From a virus (Duplodnaviria > Heunggongvirae > Uroviricota > Caudoviricetes): a stretch of DNA of 44,640 nucleotides. The stretch's first letter is position 1. The number at the start of each line of letters is the position of its first letter. The stretch lies in IMG/VR virus record IMGVR_UViG_3300010429_001737; one strand, written 5' to 3'. The translations under genes and the position numbers were made by a program. The notes beneath the pieces were generated by a model. The model saw only the letters and a program-made list of their open reading frames with translations. It had not been told where the DNA came from and did not search any database. Shown here piece by piece: positions 8,964-17,177 of this stretch.

Positions 8964-9240
8964 TTTGAGGCTCTATGTATTTAATTAAGACCATCTGAGC
9001 TGTTTCATTCTGAATAATAATATATCCTTCTGTGTTAGCTCTGGCCATCATAGCATTAATCATTTCTTTTAATATCGCGACTTGTTTTTCTTGTGTATAA
9101 GACTTAATCCAATCTTGAGAAACAAAGGCTATTAGCGATATTAATAATATCCCAATTATAACTAAGGCTATGACAAACTTCTTTCCTTTCTGTTTAGTTT
9201 TTTCTACATTAGGGGTTTCACTTATTAATTCGTCACTCAT
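8950..9240 (-). CDS. Single-pass membrane protein
   Basis: KKFVIALVIIGILLISLIAFV TM helix. Confidence 0.65.
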   Translation of the reverse strand: MSDELISETPNVEKTKQKGKKFVIALVIIGILLISLIAFVSQDWIKSYTQEKQVAILKEMINAMMARANTEGYIIIQNETAQMVLIKYIEPQNATG

Positions 9241-9586
9241 TTTTTACTCCTGATATTATACCAGTCCCGGTTCCACACTCAGTCCAACTAGTCATTAAAT
9301 AATCATAAAATGTAATAGTAACCTTTTCTTGGGATTCTTGTTTTTGTTGTAATGTTGGAATCAAGCTTTTATCGATTAAACAATAAGCATCTTCTTGTGA
9401 ACTCTCAACATCTGTCTTAAAATATACAGTAACTGTTTTAAATATTAATCCATTAGTTTCAATTGCTGTAACATAGCCAGTATGAGTTCCATTCTCAGTA
9501 GTTTTAATATGAATACCAACGACTCCTATTAATACAAACCCTATTGTAAATATGGCAATAGTTATTGCCCAAGCAATTTTATTCAT
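9233..9586 (-). CDS. Membrane-anchored protein
   Basis: N-terminal TM helix then a beta-rich domain. Confidence 0.65.
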   Translation of the reverse strand: MNKIAWAITIAIFTIGFVLIGVVGIHIKTTENGTHTGYVTAIETNGLIFKTVTVYFKTDVESSQEDAYCLIDKSLIPTLQQKQESQEKVTITFYDYLMTSWTECGTGTGIISGVKNE

Positions 9587-9723
9587 TCTTCTATTTCCTC
9601 CTCTTCATCCTCATCATATGGTTCGCAGCAGCCTTCAGCTTCTTCAGGATTGTCATATTCCATTTCACAATGACTGCATGTCCAAACAACAACACCATCA
9701 ACTGTTTTCTTAAACGCATCCAT
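9583..9723 (-). CDS. Small Zn-finger protein (46 aa, not in ORF track)
   Basis: WTCSHCEMEYDNPEEAEGCC plus acidic tail; ATGA coupling to the next gene. Confidence 0.55.
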   Translation of the reverse strand: MDAFKKTVDGVVVWTCSHCEMEYDNPEEAEGCCEPYDEDEEEEIEE

Positions 9724-10249
9724 TTTTGTTATTCTCCTGTTTCATTTTATTTTTTCCATTTTTGTCTTTCATCAATTTATAAGCATCATCGAAAAACAAA
9801 TTCCAAGCATACATGTTTTCAACTAAATCTCTTGCCATTTTCTTTTTAACATCAGTTGACAAACTCTTAAGTATATGTTCGGCCCATTTAATTAACTTTT
9901 CAGTATGTTCTATTTCATTCTTTATTCTATCCAATTCTGTGAATGTTTTTTTATCACTGGGTTCTCCAAACATAAATTGCATAAAGGATTTATCATTATC
10001 TTTACATAACTCAAGAACTCTTTGCATTTCAGTATCTTTCATCTCCTCTGTTTTTATCGCTCTAATGCCTAAGTCGTCACAGTATTCGGCGATTGCTTCA
10101 ACAGCATAATCTAATATTTCTTTTTTCCATTCTAATTGCATTTTTGCACATTCAATAGCAATTAGTTCTTTTTTCTTAGGGTCCTTACTCTCTTTTTTCT
10201 CAAGGGTCTCCAACAATTTGTTTCGGGTTTTAGATTTTTTTATCGCCAT
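9710..10249 (-). CDS. Hypothetical helical protein
   Basis: 179 aa; start 26 nt from a class A promoter. Confidence 0.75.
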   Translation of the reverse strand: MAIKKSKTRNKLLETLEKKESKDPKKKELIAIECAKMQLEWKKEILDYAVEAIAEYCDDLGIRAIKTEEMKDTEMQRVLELCKDNDKSFMQFMFGEPSDKKTFTELDRIKNEIEHTEKLIKWAEHILKSLSTDVKKKMARDLVENMYAWNLFFDDAYKLMKDKNGKNKMKQENNKNGCV

Positions 10250-10274
10250 TTTATGATAATATGTATACTATATT

Positions 10275-10290
10275 CTAGTATATAAATGTT
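10275..10290 (-). promoter_or_regulatory. Class A promoter (TTTATATACTAG)
   Basis: AACATTTATATACTAG on the minus strand. Confidence 0.75.
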
Positions 10291-10298
10291 TCTTCGAA

Positions 10299-10898
10299 TT
10301 AGAAGAAACTCTGATACACATCCTCTCCTTTATACGTTTGTCTATATTCTTCATACTCATGTTCTTTATATATCGGCTGTGTTGTCTTCAGCCATGGATA
10401 AGGCCCACGCCGCTTAGATGTTTCACCGCTTTTAATTTCCTTATCTAAATCTACCATGTCTTTCAACATATCAATCTCCTTTACAATATCAGCTTTTTCA
10501 GCTTCACTTTCAACTTCTTTATACTGACTAGCAAGTCTCCGTATTTCACTAACATTCTCTCTCAACTCTTTCTCCTCTTGTGTCATTCGTTTCTCGACTC
10601 TTTTGAAAAAACCATTCTTACCACAAACAACATGCATAAAATTCCAGAATCCTTCGTGACCTTTACACCATGCCTGACAATAGTATTCTCCGTCACCATA
10701 GTTGTCGAATAATAACTTAGCGAATTGAGCATCGTTCTCTATCAAACCATTTCCATCAATAACCTTAAATACTGCCCTTGATTGAGGATAATCTATAACA
10801 CCTACTCTGCACCAATCACTTCTCCATTGATGAACAATCGCCCGCTTAGTTGGCACCAAGGTCTTCTTTCTGATACTTATTCTTATTTCTTTTGTCAT
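10299..10898 (-). CDS. Hypothetical protein
   Basis: 199 aa ORF, no recognised motif. Confidence 0.75.
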   Translation of the reverse strand: MTKEIRISIRKKTLVPTKRAIVHQWRSDWCRVGVIDYPQSRAVFKVIDGNGLIENDAQFAKLLFDNYGDGEYYCQAWCKGHEGFWNFMHVVCGKNGFFKRVEKRMTQEEKELRENVSEIRRLASQYKEVESEAEKADIVKEIDMLKDMVDLDKEIKSGETSKRRGPYPWLKTTQPIYKEHEYEEYRQTYKGEDVYQSFF

Positions 10899-11134
10899 GT
10901 GCTTTGTCTACTTGCTCTAGCTTTCTCCAATTCAGCCATCTTCTTATCGTTATAAAATTTAATTAGCCATCTTATCGCAACTGAAACTCTATCACCTTGG
11001 TTTTTCTTCTCTTTGCCAGTAATGTCCTTAACAACAAAGCGCGAATCAAGTTTAATTAATGTTTTAAATCTATCGAATTCATCAACAAAGTCTTCATTAT
11101 AAACAAACCGTTGTAAGTGATAGGATTTAGTCAT
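10895..11134 (-). CDS. Small hypothetical protein, possibly DNA-binding
   Basis: 79 aa; ATGA overlap with the next gene. Confidence 0.55.
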   Translation of the reverse strand: MTKSYHLQRFVYNEDFVDEFDRFKTLIKLDSRFVVKDITGKEKKNQGDRVSVAIRWLIKFYNDKKMAELEKARASRQST

Positions 11135-11551
11135 ATCATAAACCTCTGATTACTATTAATAGTATTACTATTATTAGTATTATTCATATTATTCTTGCTC
11201 TGATGTTCTTTGTTTATAGTAACCAAACAGCTCATGTGTACATTATCAGAGTTTCTCTTTGTTTTCATGAAAATAGCAACCTTTGAAAGTTTATATAGTT
11301 TGCCCTTATAGACTAACTCTATATTTATAGGATTAGTCTATAATTAAAAATTAAGCATACCGAATTATATATACGATACAGGCAAGTCGGCAAATAGCCT
11401 GCTAAAACTATGGTATATAATATAATTAGGCATGTATAGCCTTAGAAACATTTAAATAATATGTTTAATTAATTAATATTAATTAAAATAAGTATCCTTT
11501 ATAAAGAACTTTAAGGATGAAAATTTTAATTAATCTATTACATAAATTAAA

Positions 11552-12409
11552 ATGCACAAAACAAAAACATTATTACGAGAAGACAGGAAGAAAGACTTTA
11601 GAAAAAAAATATATGATAGATATAACGGTGAGTGTTGTTTCACACCTTCTCTTGTACCCATCTGGGCGAGTAAGCGACACTACTTGAACGAAGAACTTAA
11701 TGTTAAGTGTACCAACAAAGATGACTTAATGATTTACAGAAAGAATGGCAACATGAACAACAACGAAGATACTAATATCTTACTGCTATGCAAACATCAT
11801 TACGGTATTATGTTTCATGAGTTAAGAGACATGCCCAAACGAATCAATAACCAGAAACAAGGCATCAGAAAAGAAACTAAAGTGAAAACAATCATCACCT
11901 TATCTGAATTCAAACAAATTCTAAGTAACGTTACTATTCCGCAACACCTAATGCTGTTACAAACATTATATTATCTAGGAGGTAGAGTAACGGAAGTTGT
12001 TTTACTAGAAAAGAATGATGTACATCTGGCTAGAGACAATCCTTATGTTACGTTTAAAGCTGAGAACACTAAAAGAAAGGTAGAACGTCATGTTACCATA
12101 CCGAAGAACATGATTGAACCCTTTAAAGCTTATTTTAAATTAATAGAAAACAAACAAAGACTGTTTGACTTCACGAAACAAAGGGCATGGCAAATCGTTA
12201 AAATATATGTTAAGAAAGCCGGCATCAAAAAGAACATACATCCCCACTCGTTCCGACATAGTTATGCGACAGAAATATATAACACAACCAAAGACTTAAA
12301 GATGGTGCAAGAACTACTAGGACATAAGAATATGGCTACGACTTCAATATATGCTCACGTTAGTGATGAAACGAAGAAGGAGGCACTAGATAAAGTGTTT
12401 GGAAGCTAA
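11552..12409 (+). CDS. Tyrosine recombinase (Xer/integrase-like) with HNH-like N-terminal region
   Basis: Catalytic set GGRVTEV, HPHSFRHSYAT, VQELLGH, TTSIY. Confidence 0.9.
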   Translation: MHKTKTLLREDRKKDFRKKIYDRYNGECCFTPSLVPIWASKRHYLNEELNVKCTNKDDLMIYRKNGNMNNNEDTNILLLCKHHYGIMFHELRDMPKRINNQKQGIRKETKVKTIITLSEFKQILSNVTIPQHLMLLQTLYYLGGRVTEVVLLEKNDVHLARDNPYVTFKAENTKRKVERHVTIPKNMIEPFKAYFKLIENKQRLFDFTKQRAWQIVKIYVKKAGIKKNIHPHSFRHSYATEIYNTTKDLKMVQELLGHKNMATTSIYAHVSDETKKEALDKVFGS

Positions 12410-12454
12410 TATGAGAATCAAAGTATTTAAAGTCCACGAAGACCTCACTAAACA

Positions 12455-12877
12455 ATGAAACTTGAATCAATTGCCTTCGGCATTATCATGTTCTTCGCCA
12501 TTATAGGATGTATAGTCTTCAGCACTGCGATACATGAGTTATCACATTACTATGACTTTAACAAAAATAATACTGTTAAGACAGAAGAGATATGTGCTTT
12601 GAATCTTCCGACTCACCCGAGCTATTTATTAAACGCTAGTAATCTTTTGGAATTCGGCGCTGGTTATTATGCTTATCGTTACGAGTATCATAATCGAACC
12701 ATCGAGGATAAAGTTAACGACGTAGATATTTATACAGAAGGAAAGGCTTACACCATAACGTTTGCTATAGTTATAGTATTAATGATATGTATTATTATCG
12801 TGTATCATAGAAGAATAAAAATGAAAAAACGAGAAGATATGTTATCAATGTTAAACATTCTACAAGAGTTTGATTAG
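12455..12877 (+). CDS. Membrane protein with HExxH motif
   Basis: TM helix, then TAIHELSH, then a C-terminal TM helix. Confidence 0.55.
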   Translation: MKLESIAFGIIMFFAIIGCIVFSTAIHELSHYYDFNKNNTVKTEEICALNLPTHPSYLLNASNLLEFGAGYYAYRYEYHNRTIEDKVNDVDIYTEGKAYTITFAIVIVLMICIIIVYHRRIKMKKREDMLSMLNILQEFD

Positions 12878-12946
12878 TAGTTAAAAAATAAAAGAAATAG
12901 ATGCCTTAGATTTCCAAGAGTAAATCGTTAATAATACTAATATCAA

Positions 12947-12962
12947 CTAGTATATAAATCTT
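12947..12962 (-). promoter_or_regulatory. Class A promoter with no downstream protein gene
   Basis: AGATTTATATACTAG on the minus strand. Confidence 0.55.
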
Positions 12963-13105
12963 TCTATTTAAAGCATTCGCTATATGTAGCCGCGTATAGC
13001 GACCTACGCTTTTACTTTCTAAGGCAATAAATTAACGAAACACATGTTTATAAAGATTATTATTAATCATATATACTCAAGGGTATATATCAAAATCTCA
13101 GAGAA

Positions 13106-14278
13106 TTACCAAGCTAAGCATTTCAAATAGTTAACTTCACTCATAGAACATTCATCTGCATTATCGTTAAAGTTAGGTTCTTTCGCCATTGCCCAATAAT
13201 CAACACAACTAACTGGATATATTACTCCTGCAGTTGATTCTAGAATAGTCCACCCACTATTAGGTAACCAGACTTCGACCCAAGTATGTGCACCACCGCC
13301 TGTAATATATCGGTTACCTTCTTTTACTTCTTTTGACATTTTAATTTCTGGTTTAAATACTGTCATTGTTTGACATGTAACATCCAAATGAACACAACCA
13401 GTAACTTCTCTTGCTGCCAAACCTAATCCTCTTAATACGGCAACATTAACTCGAGACATTGTTGAACAAACACCTTTCTTATTATTCCAAATTTGTGATG
13501 CCCTATTATTATAACAATATGGCCCTGTTTGATACTTGGTGTCATAATCTACACTTTGAAAAACAGTATATGCAACATTCTTTGCAGCAAACTTAGGGTC
13601 CTTGTTCCCATTAAGTGATGTTACTATAACAATGTTTTTTATTGTTGAAGACTTATAATCATAATACCATGTTTCTTTTAAATAATCGTCAGATATTCCA
13701 GCTGCTTTCCTAGCTGTTTCATATGAATCAGAAAACTTAGGTAATCCAGAAACAATATCCTGATTACACTTTCCATTGATACATGTAAATCCTGAATAAC
13801 AAGTCCCACATGATATAGTTCCGCCGCAGCCATCAGAAAAAGTGCCACATGTTTTACTTAATGAAGAACAAGTATCCTTTATGCAAGAAGGTTTACATAT
13901 TCCATTTGAACATACATCACCACTTCCACAACTTCCACATTCTATACTTCCACCACAACTGTCAGGCCATAAGCCGCATCCCTTATACCCAGATAAACAT
14001 GATAGCGGTTTACAGAAAGGAGCATCTTTGCAATCACCAAAAGAACCACACCCATAATCACAATATTCACCATTAATCCACTGAGTTCCTTGCGAATTAC
14101 ATGTAGACGAATAATCATCTATGCATCGTTTATCACCAGGAGTACATATTCTTGAAACACTGGGAGAATTAGAAAAATAATTTATCGAAAAAACAGCTCC
14201 CCATATTAACACTGCCGCTAATATAATAATGCCAAAAATTCCTAATGCTATCTTTAGTTTACTAGGTTTTCTTTTCAT
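13106..14278 (-). CDS. Membrane-anchored Cys-rich-repeat transglutaminase-like protein (start revised from 14341)
   Basis: TM helix, two CG..DxCGG..CGxC repeats, GVCSTM (Cys), HTWVEV (His), GWTILEST; start 21 nt from a class B promoter. Confidence 0.75.
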   Translation of the reverse strand: MKRKPSKLKIALGIFGIIILAAVLIWGAVFSINYFSNSPSVSRICTPGDKRCIDDYSSTCNSQGTQWINGEYCDYGCGSFGDCKDAPFCKPLSCLSGYKGCGLWPDSCGGSIECGSCGSGDVCSNGICKPSCIKDTCSSLSKTCGTFSDGCGGTISCGTCYSGFTCINGKCNQDIVSGLPKFSDSYETARKAAGISDDYLKETWYYDYKSSTIKNIVIVTSLNGNKDPKFAAKNVAYTVFQSVDYDTKYQTGPYCYNNRASQIWNNKKGVCSTMSRVNVAVLRGLGLAAREVTGCVHLDVTCQTMTVFKPEIKMSKEVKEGNRYITGGGAHTWVEVWLPNSGWTILESTAGVIYPVSCVDYWAMAKEPNFNDNADECSMSEVNYLKCLAW

Positions 14279-14298
14279 AGAATTAGTATGCTTTAAAG

Positions 14299-14320
14299 CT
14301 TTATAAATATTATTGTTAAT
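14299..14320 (-). promoter_or_regulatory. Class B promoter
   Basis: ATTAACAATAATATTTATAAAG on the minus strand. Confidence 0.75.
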
Positions 14321-14441
14321 ATTTGGGTAACCTAAAAACATGGTCTATGAAAACATATATAAAGTATAGAGAATTTAACAAAATATGTATAAGGAAGACA
14401 AATACCACACGGCTTAACTTAAATAAACCGTGGAGGTATAA

Positions 14442-14570
14442 ATGGCACATAACAAGAACTGTAGTATTCTAAGAAACAGATATAAGTGTCCGCATTGTTC
14501 TAAAGGATATATGATGGAATGGGCATGTGAAAATCACAAGAAAGTATGTGTATATAAATTCAGAAAGTAA
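14442..14570 (+). CDS. Small Zn-finger protein (42 aa, not in ORF track)
   Basis: GGAGGT SD; YKCPHCSKGY...HKKVC. Confidence 0.6.
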   Translation: MAHNKNCSILRNRYKCPHCSKGYMMEWACENHKKVCVYKFRK

Positions 14571-14619
14571 ACATACTTATAGCGTTATTAATAAGTATGA
14601 ATAGTTATTAATAACCAAA

Positions 14620-14808
14620 TCAGAGGTTTTCATTATTTTTATTCTTTATTAATTTTACAAGATGATAAGCTTTGCTATGACAAATATCGCATTCCTGGTG
14701 TTTATTTAATACCTTCTCTTCATGCCATGGGGATTCACAAACCCGGATAAACACCTTAACGATAATTTTCTCTTCCTTCTTTGATTTATTAATCTTCTGC
14801 ATTTTCAA
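14620..14808 (-). CDS. Small Zn-finger-like protein
   Basis: CESPWH...CDICH. Confidence 0.5.
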   Translation of the reverse strand: MKMQKINKSKKEEKIIVKVFIRVCESPWHEEKVLNKHQECDICHSKAYHLVKLIKNKNNENL

Positions 14809-14939
14809 CAGTTGCTTCGTTTATTAATTATGAAAAACATTAACGACTAGAAATTTTGTAATACTGCGTTAACAAAGCTTTTTATCATAAATACTGATAC
14901 TCTTACAAGTTTATATACTTTGCTATTTTCTGAGAAATC

Positions 14940-15200
14940 TTATTGGATATAAATAGTGTCTTCACCAGTTCTTGTCCGGCCACTTCTAAACATTCTCTCT
15001 ATTTTTCTTCCCTTAACTCGTAACTTATTTATCTTCTTCTGCATTGTGTTAACAGCAATAGAAATGTCTTTCTCTTTGGCATGAACCAAATTTTGTTGTT
15101 CTAATAACGTTGTAATTTGAGAACGAAGTTGTCTAATAGCTGCACGATTCTCTTCTCTTAGTTTTATTGCTTGGTCTCTTGATATAATTTTGACTGCCAT
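14940..15200 (-). CDS. Basic coiled-coil protein
   Basis: 86 aa, heptad pattern. Confidence 0.6.
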   Translation of the reverse strand: MAVKIISRDQAIKLREENRAAIRQLRSQITTLLEQQNLVHAKEKDISIAVNTMQKKINKLRVKGRKIERMFRSGRTRTGEDTIYIQ

Positions 15201-15201
15201 T

Positions 15202-15372
15202 TTAACCGTTATTCCGCCTCCATTTTTGTAATCTTAAATATAATAACTTAGCTTCTTTATCACTTAGTTCAGGATATGCTTTCTTTAAATCGTCGGTATC
15301 GTATTCACTCCTGTCTTCTAACAATCCCTTTCTTTTAAAGGTATTATATAATGATGTAACTTTTGATGCCAT
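15202..15372 (-). CDS. Small hypothetical protein (56 aa, not in ORF track)
   Basis: MASKVTSLYNTF...; start 28 nt from a class B promoter. Confidence 0.6.
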   Translation of the reverse strand: MASKVTSLYNTFKRKGLLEDRSEYDTDDLKKAYPELSDKEAKLLYLRLQKWRRNNG

Positions 15373-15399
15373 TTTAATTTAATATACTAAGAATTAATC

Positions 15400-15422
15400 C
15401 TTTATAAATATTATTGTTAATT
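15400..15422 (-). promoter_or_regulatory. Class B promoter
   Basis: Exact copy of the 3746 motif, on the minus strand. Confidence 0.75.
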
Positions 15423-15623
15423 TTATCTTCGTTTCTTAAACGAAACCATACCAAAATAAGCAATGATAAAAACGCTTATTACGACGATTATACCGACGTA
15501 TAAAACTTGTAAGCTAGGAAGAGTAGTGATTAAATAAACATATCGATGTGCAATAAAATGAATAAATCCAACTATCAATGCACTAATTAAAGATATTATG
15601 AGAGCTTTCTTTTTGGTTACCAT
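15423..15623 (-). CDS. Small two-pass membrane protein
   Basis: Two hydrophobic helices. Confidence 0.6.
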   Translation of the reverse strand: MVTKKKALIISLISALIVGFIHFIAHRYVYLITTLPSLQVLYVGIIVVISVFIIAYFGMVSFKKRR

Positions 15624-15647
15624 TATAATCTCTTTCTAGGTTGTGAT

Positions 15648-15872
15648 TTATCCAAACCCGTGTTTTAAATATCTAACGTGTTTAATTTTTCCAGTTTTTC
15701 CATCTACAATTTCAACTAAAAACGTAGTTTTCATACTTGGAAAATATTTAGAACTATCCCTTGCTATTTTAACATAACCCAACACGTCTCTGTGGCTAAC
15801 ATTCTCAATTCGTTTAACAGTTCTCCCTCTTTGTTTAACAATTATATTGTATCTATTTCTTTGTCTTGCCAT
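15648..15872 (-). CDS. Small basic protein
   Basis: 74 aa, R/K-rich. Confidence 0.6.
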   Translation of the reverse strand: MARQRNRYNIIVKQRGRTVKRIENVSHRDVLGYVKIARDSSKYFPSMKTTFLVEIVDGKTGKIKHVRYLKHGFG

Positions 15873-15873
15873 T

Positions 15874-16053
15874 TTATCTCTTTCTCTCCTTTCTAATTTT
15901 TTGTAATAATTTTAAATGTCTCTTTTCGTCCTTTATAATAGCTCTTATCGTTTTCTTGTCTCTCTTACCTTTAAGAGTTTTAGCTAACTTCTTATATTCG
16001 CCAGGTGCTTTTCTCTCATCTCGCATTGCTTCTGTTAATAGATTTTTTGTCAT
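15874..16053 (-). CDS. Half ferritin/rubrerythrin-like protein (59 aa, not in ORF track)
   Basis: MTKNLLTEAMRDERKAPGEYKKLAK...IIKDEKRHLKLL; E..A...Y plus DExxH pattern; start 21 nt from a class B promoter. Confidence 0.6.
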   Translation of the reverse strand: MTKNLLTEAMRDERKAPGEYKKLAKTLKGKRDKKTIRAIIKDEKRHLKLLQKIRKERKR

Positions 16054-16073
16054 ATTATATTAATGAAACTACT

Positions 16074-16096
16074 GTTTATAAATATTGTTGTTAATT
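16074..16096 (-). promoter_or_regulatory. Class B promoter (variant)
   Basis: AATTAACAACAATATTTATAAAC on the minus strand. Confidence 0.7.
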
Positions 16097-16268
16097 TTAT
16101 TCATCAAAATAATCAATGTCTAAATCTTTACATACGTCTCTTAATCGACCTTCTTTACTTCTTATTTCGAATACCGTCTCTTGCATAAAGGGTTTTTCGA
16201 AAGTCGAAAAAACTCTATAAATGCCGTGTCCATTTGAATTATTGACCCAAAATAATGTTAATTCCATT

Positions 16269-16820
16269 TTATTCCTTGAATAAAGCTAATATTTTATGTA
16301 TTTCGTTTTCATGATAATTTCGATATCCACTGTCATCATAAACATGAATTAAGACACTAGTTTTACTTCTTGTCATAGCTTCTAATTCGATAGTTGTAAC
16401 CTCTTCATCTCCGCCTGAAAAATACCCAATGCAAATAGATATCATTAAACTTATTATTGAAGCAATGAACACTCTATTAAGAGGAAACATTGTATCGAAA
16501 TCATTTACGATTAAAGGATAAACCATTAACCCGATGACACTAAAAAACGCACATAGTACTAAAGCGACAAAGAATGCATGCCAATTGTAAGTAGGGTTCT
16601 CAGCATTTATTTTTTTGTCCTTATAATACCAATTGTCATAAATTTTTGCTATCTTATTTCCAACACTATCGATGTTTTCATCGACAATAAAATAACATTC
16701 ATCGTTTCCTTTATTTCGCATACGTCTCTGCCTGTTTTCAGCTTCTATTCGAGCACTATTAGAAGCAACAACTGCTGCCATCATTGCAGAACTTGCCGCT
16801 GCACTACTACAATTTGTCAT
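16269..16820 (-). CDS. Two-pass membrane protein
   Basis: Central hydrophobic hairpin. Confidence 0.65.
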   Translation of the reverse strand: MTNCSSAAASSAMMAAVVASNSARIEAENRQRRMRNKGNDECYFIVDENIDSVGNKIAKIYDNWYYKDKKINAENPTYNWHAFFVALVLCAFFSVIGLMVYPLIVNDFDTMFPLNRVFIASIISLMISICIGYFSGGDEEVTTIELEAMTRSKTSVLIHVYDDSGYRNYHENEIHKILALFKE

Positions 16821-17017
16821 TTCTCTCCTACGAAAACCAATTCACTACTAACTTCTTCTTCTAACGGATTTTCGTATTTTCTTGTATTAGGTACATAACT
16901 TAAACATGTTACAGTAGTTATATTCCTAAATCTATCGTTTTCATGCCACTGTCCAGTACCATGACAATGTGTTTCATGGCATAAATCATAATACATACAT
17001 CTACTAGTAGGTGTCAT
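16817..17017 (-). CDS. Small Cys/His-rich protein
   Basis: CMYYDLCHETHCH; ATGA overlap. Confidence 0.45.
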   Translation of the reverse strand: MTPTSRCMYYDLCHETHCHGTGQWHENDRFRNITTVTCLSYVPNTRKYENPLEEEVSSELVFVGEK

Positions 17018-17177
17018 GTTCTTAATTTCTCCGGTAGTTTAGATTTACTTAAAGTAACTCTATAAGCATAACTATCATTACATGTTGGGCAGTCATATGT
17101 TTTTTCGTATTTCTTACTTATGACTAAAACACCAAAACAATCAGGACAGTGTCTTACACCATTAACTCTATCACTTT

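Noticed and set aside
11140-11200. AAT/TAT-rich low-complexity run upstream of 10895-11134
   Set aside because: Imperfect and consistent with the AT-rich intergenic background
11439-13025. GCCTTAGA/TCTAAGGC octamer at 11439, 12903 and 13018 around the recombinase gene
   Set aside because: Only 8-9 bp, with no consistent core-site geometry; too short to separate from chance by eye
11141-14630. 12-mer AATCAGAGGTTT shared by about 11141 (-) and 14618 (+)
   Set aside because: One copy overlaps a gene's last codons; a single 12-bp match is expected by chance
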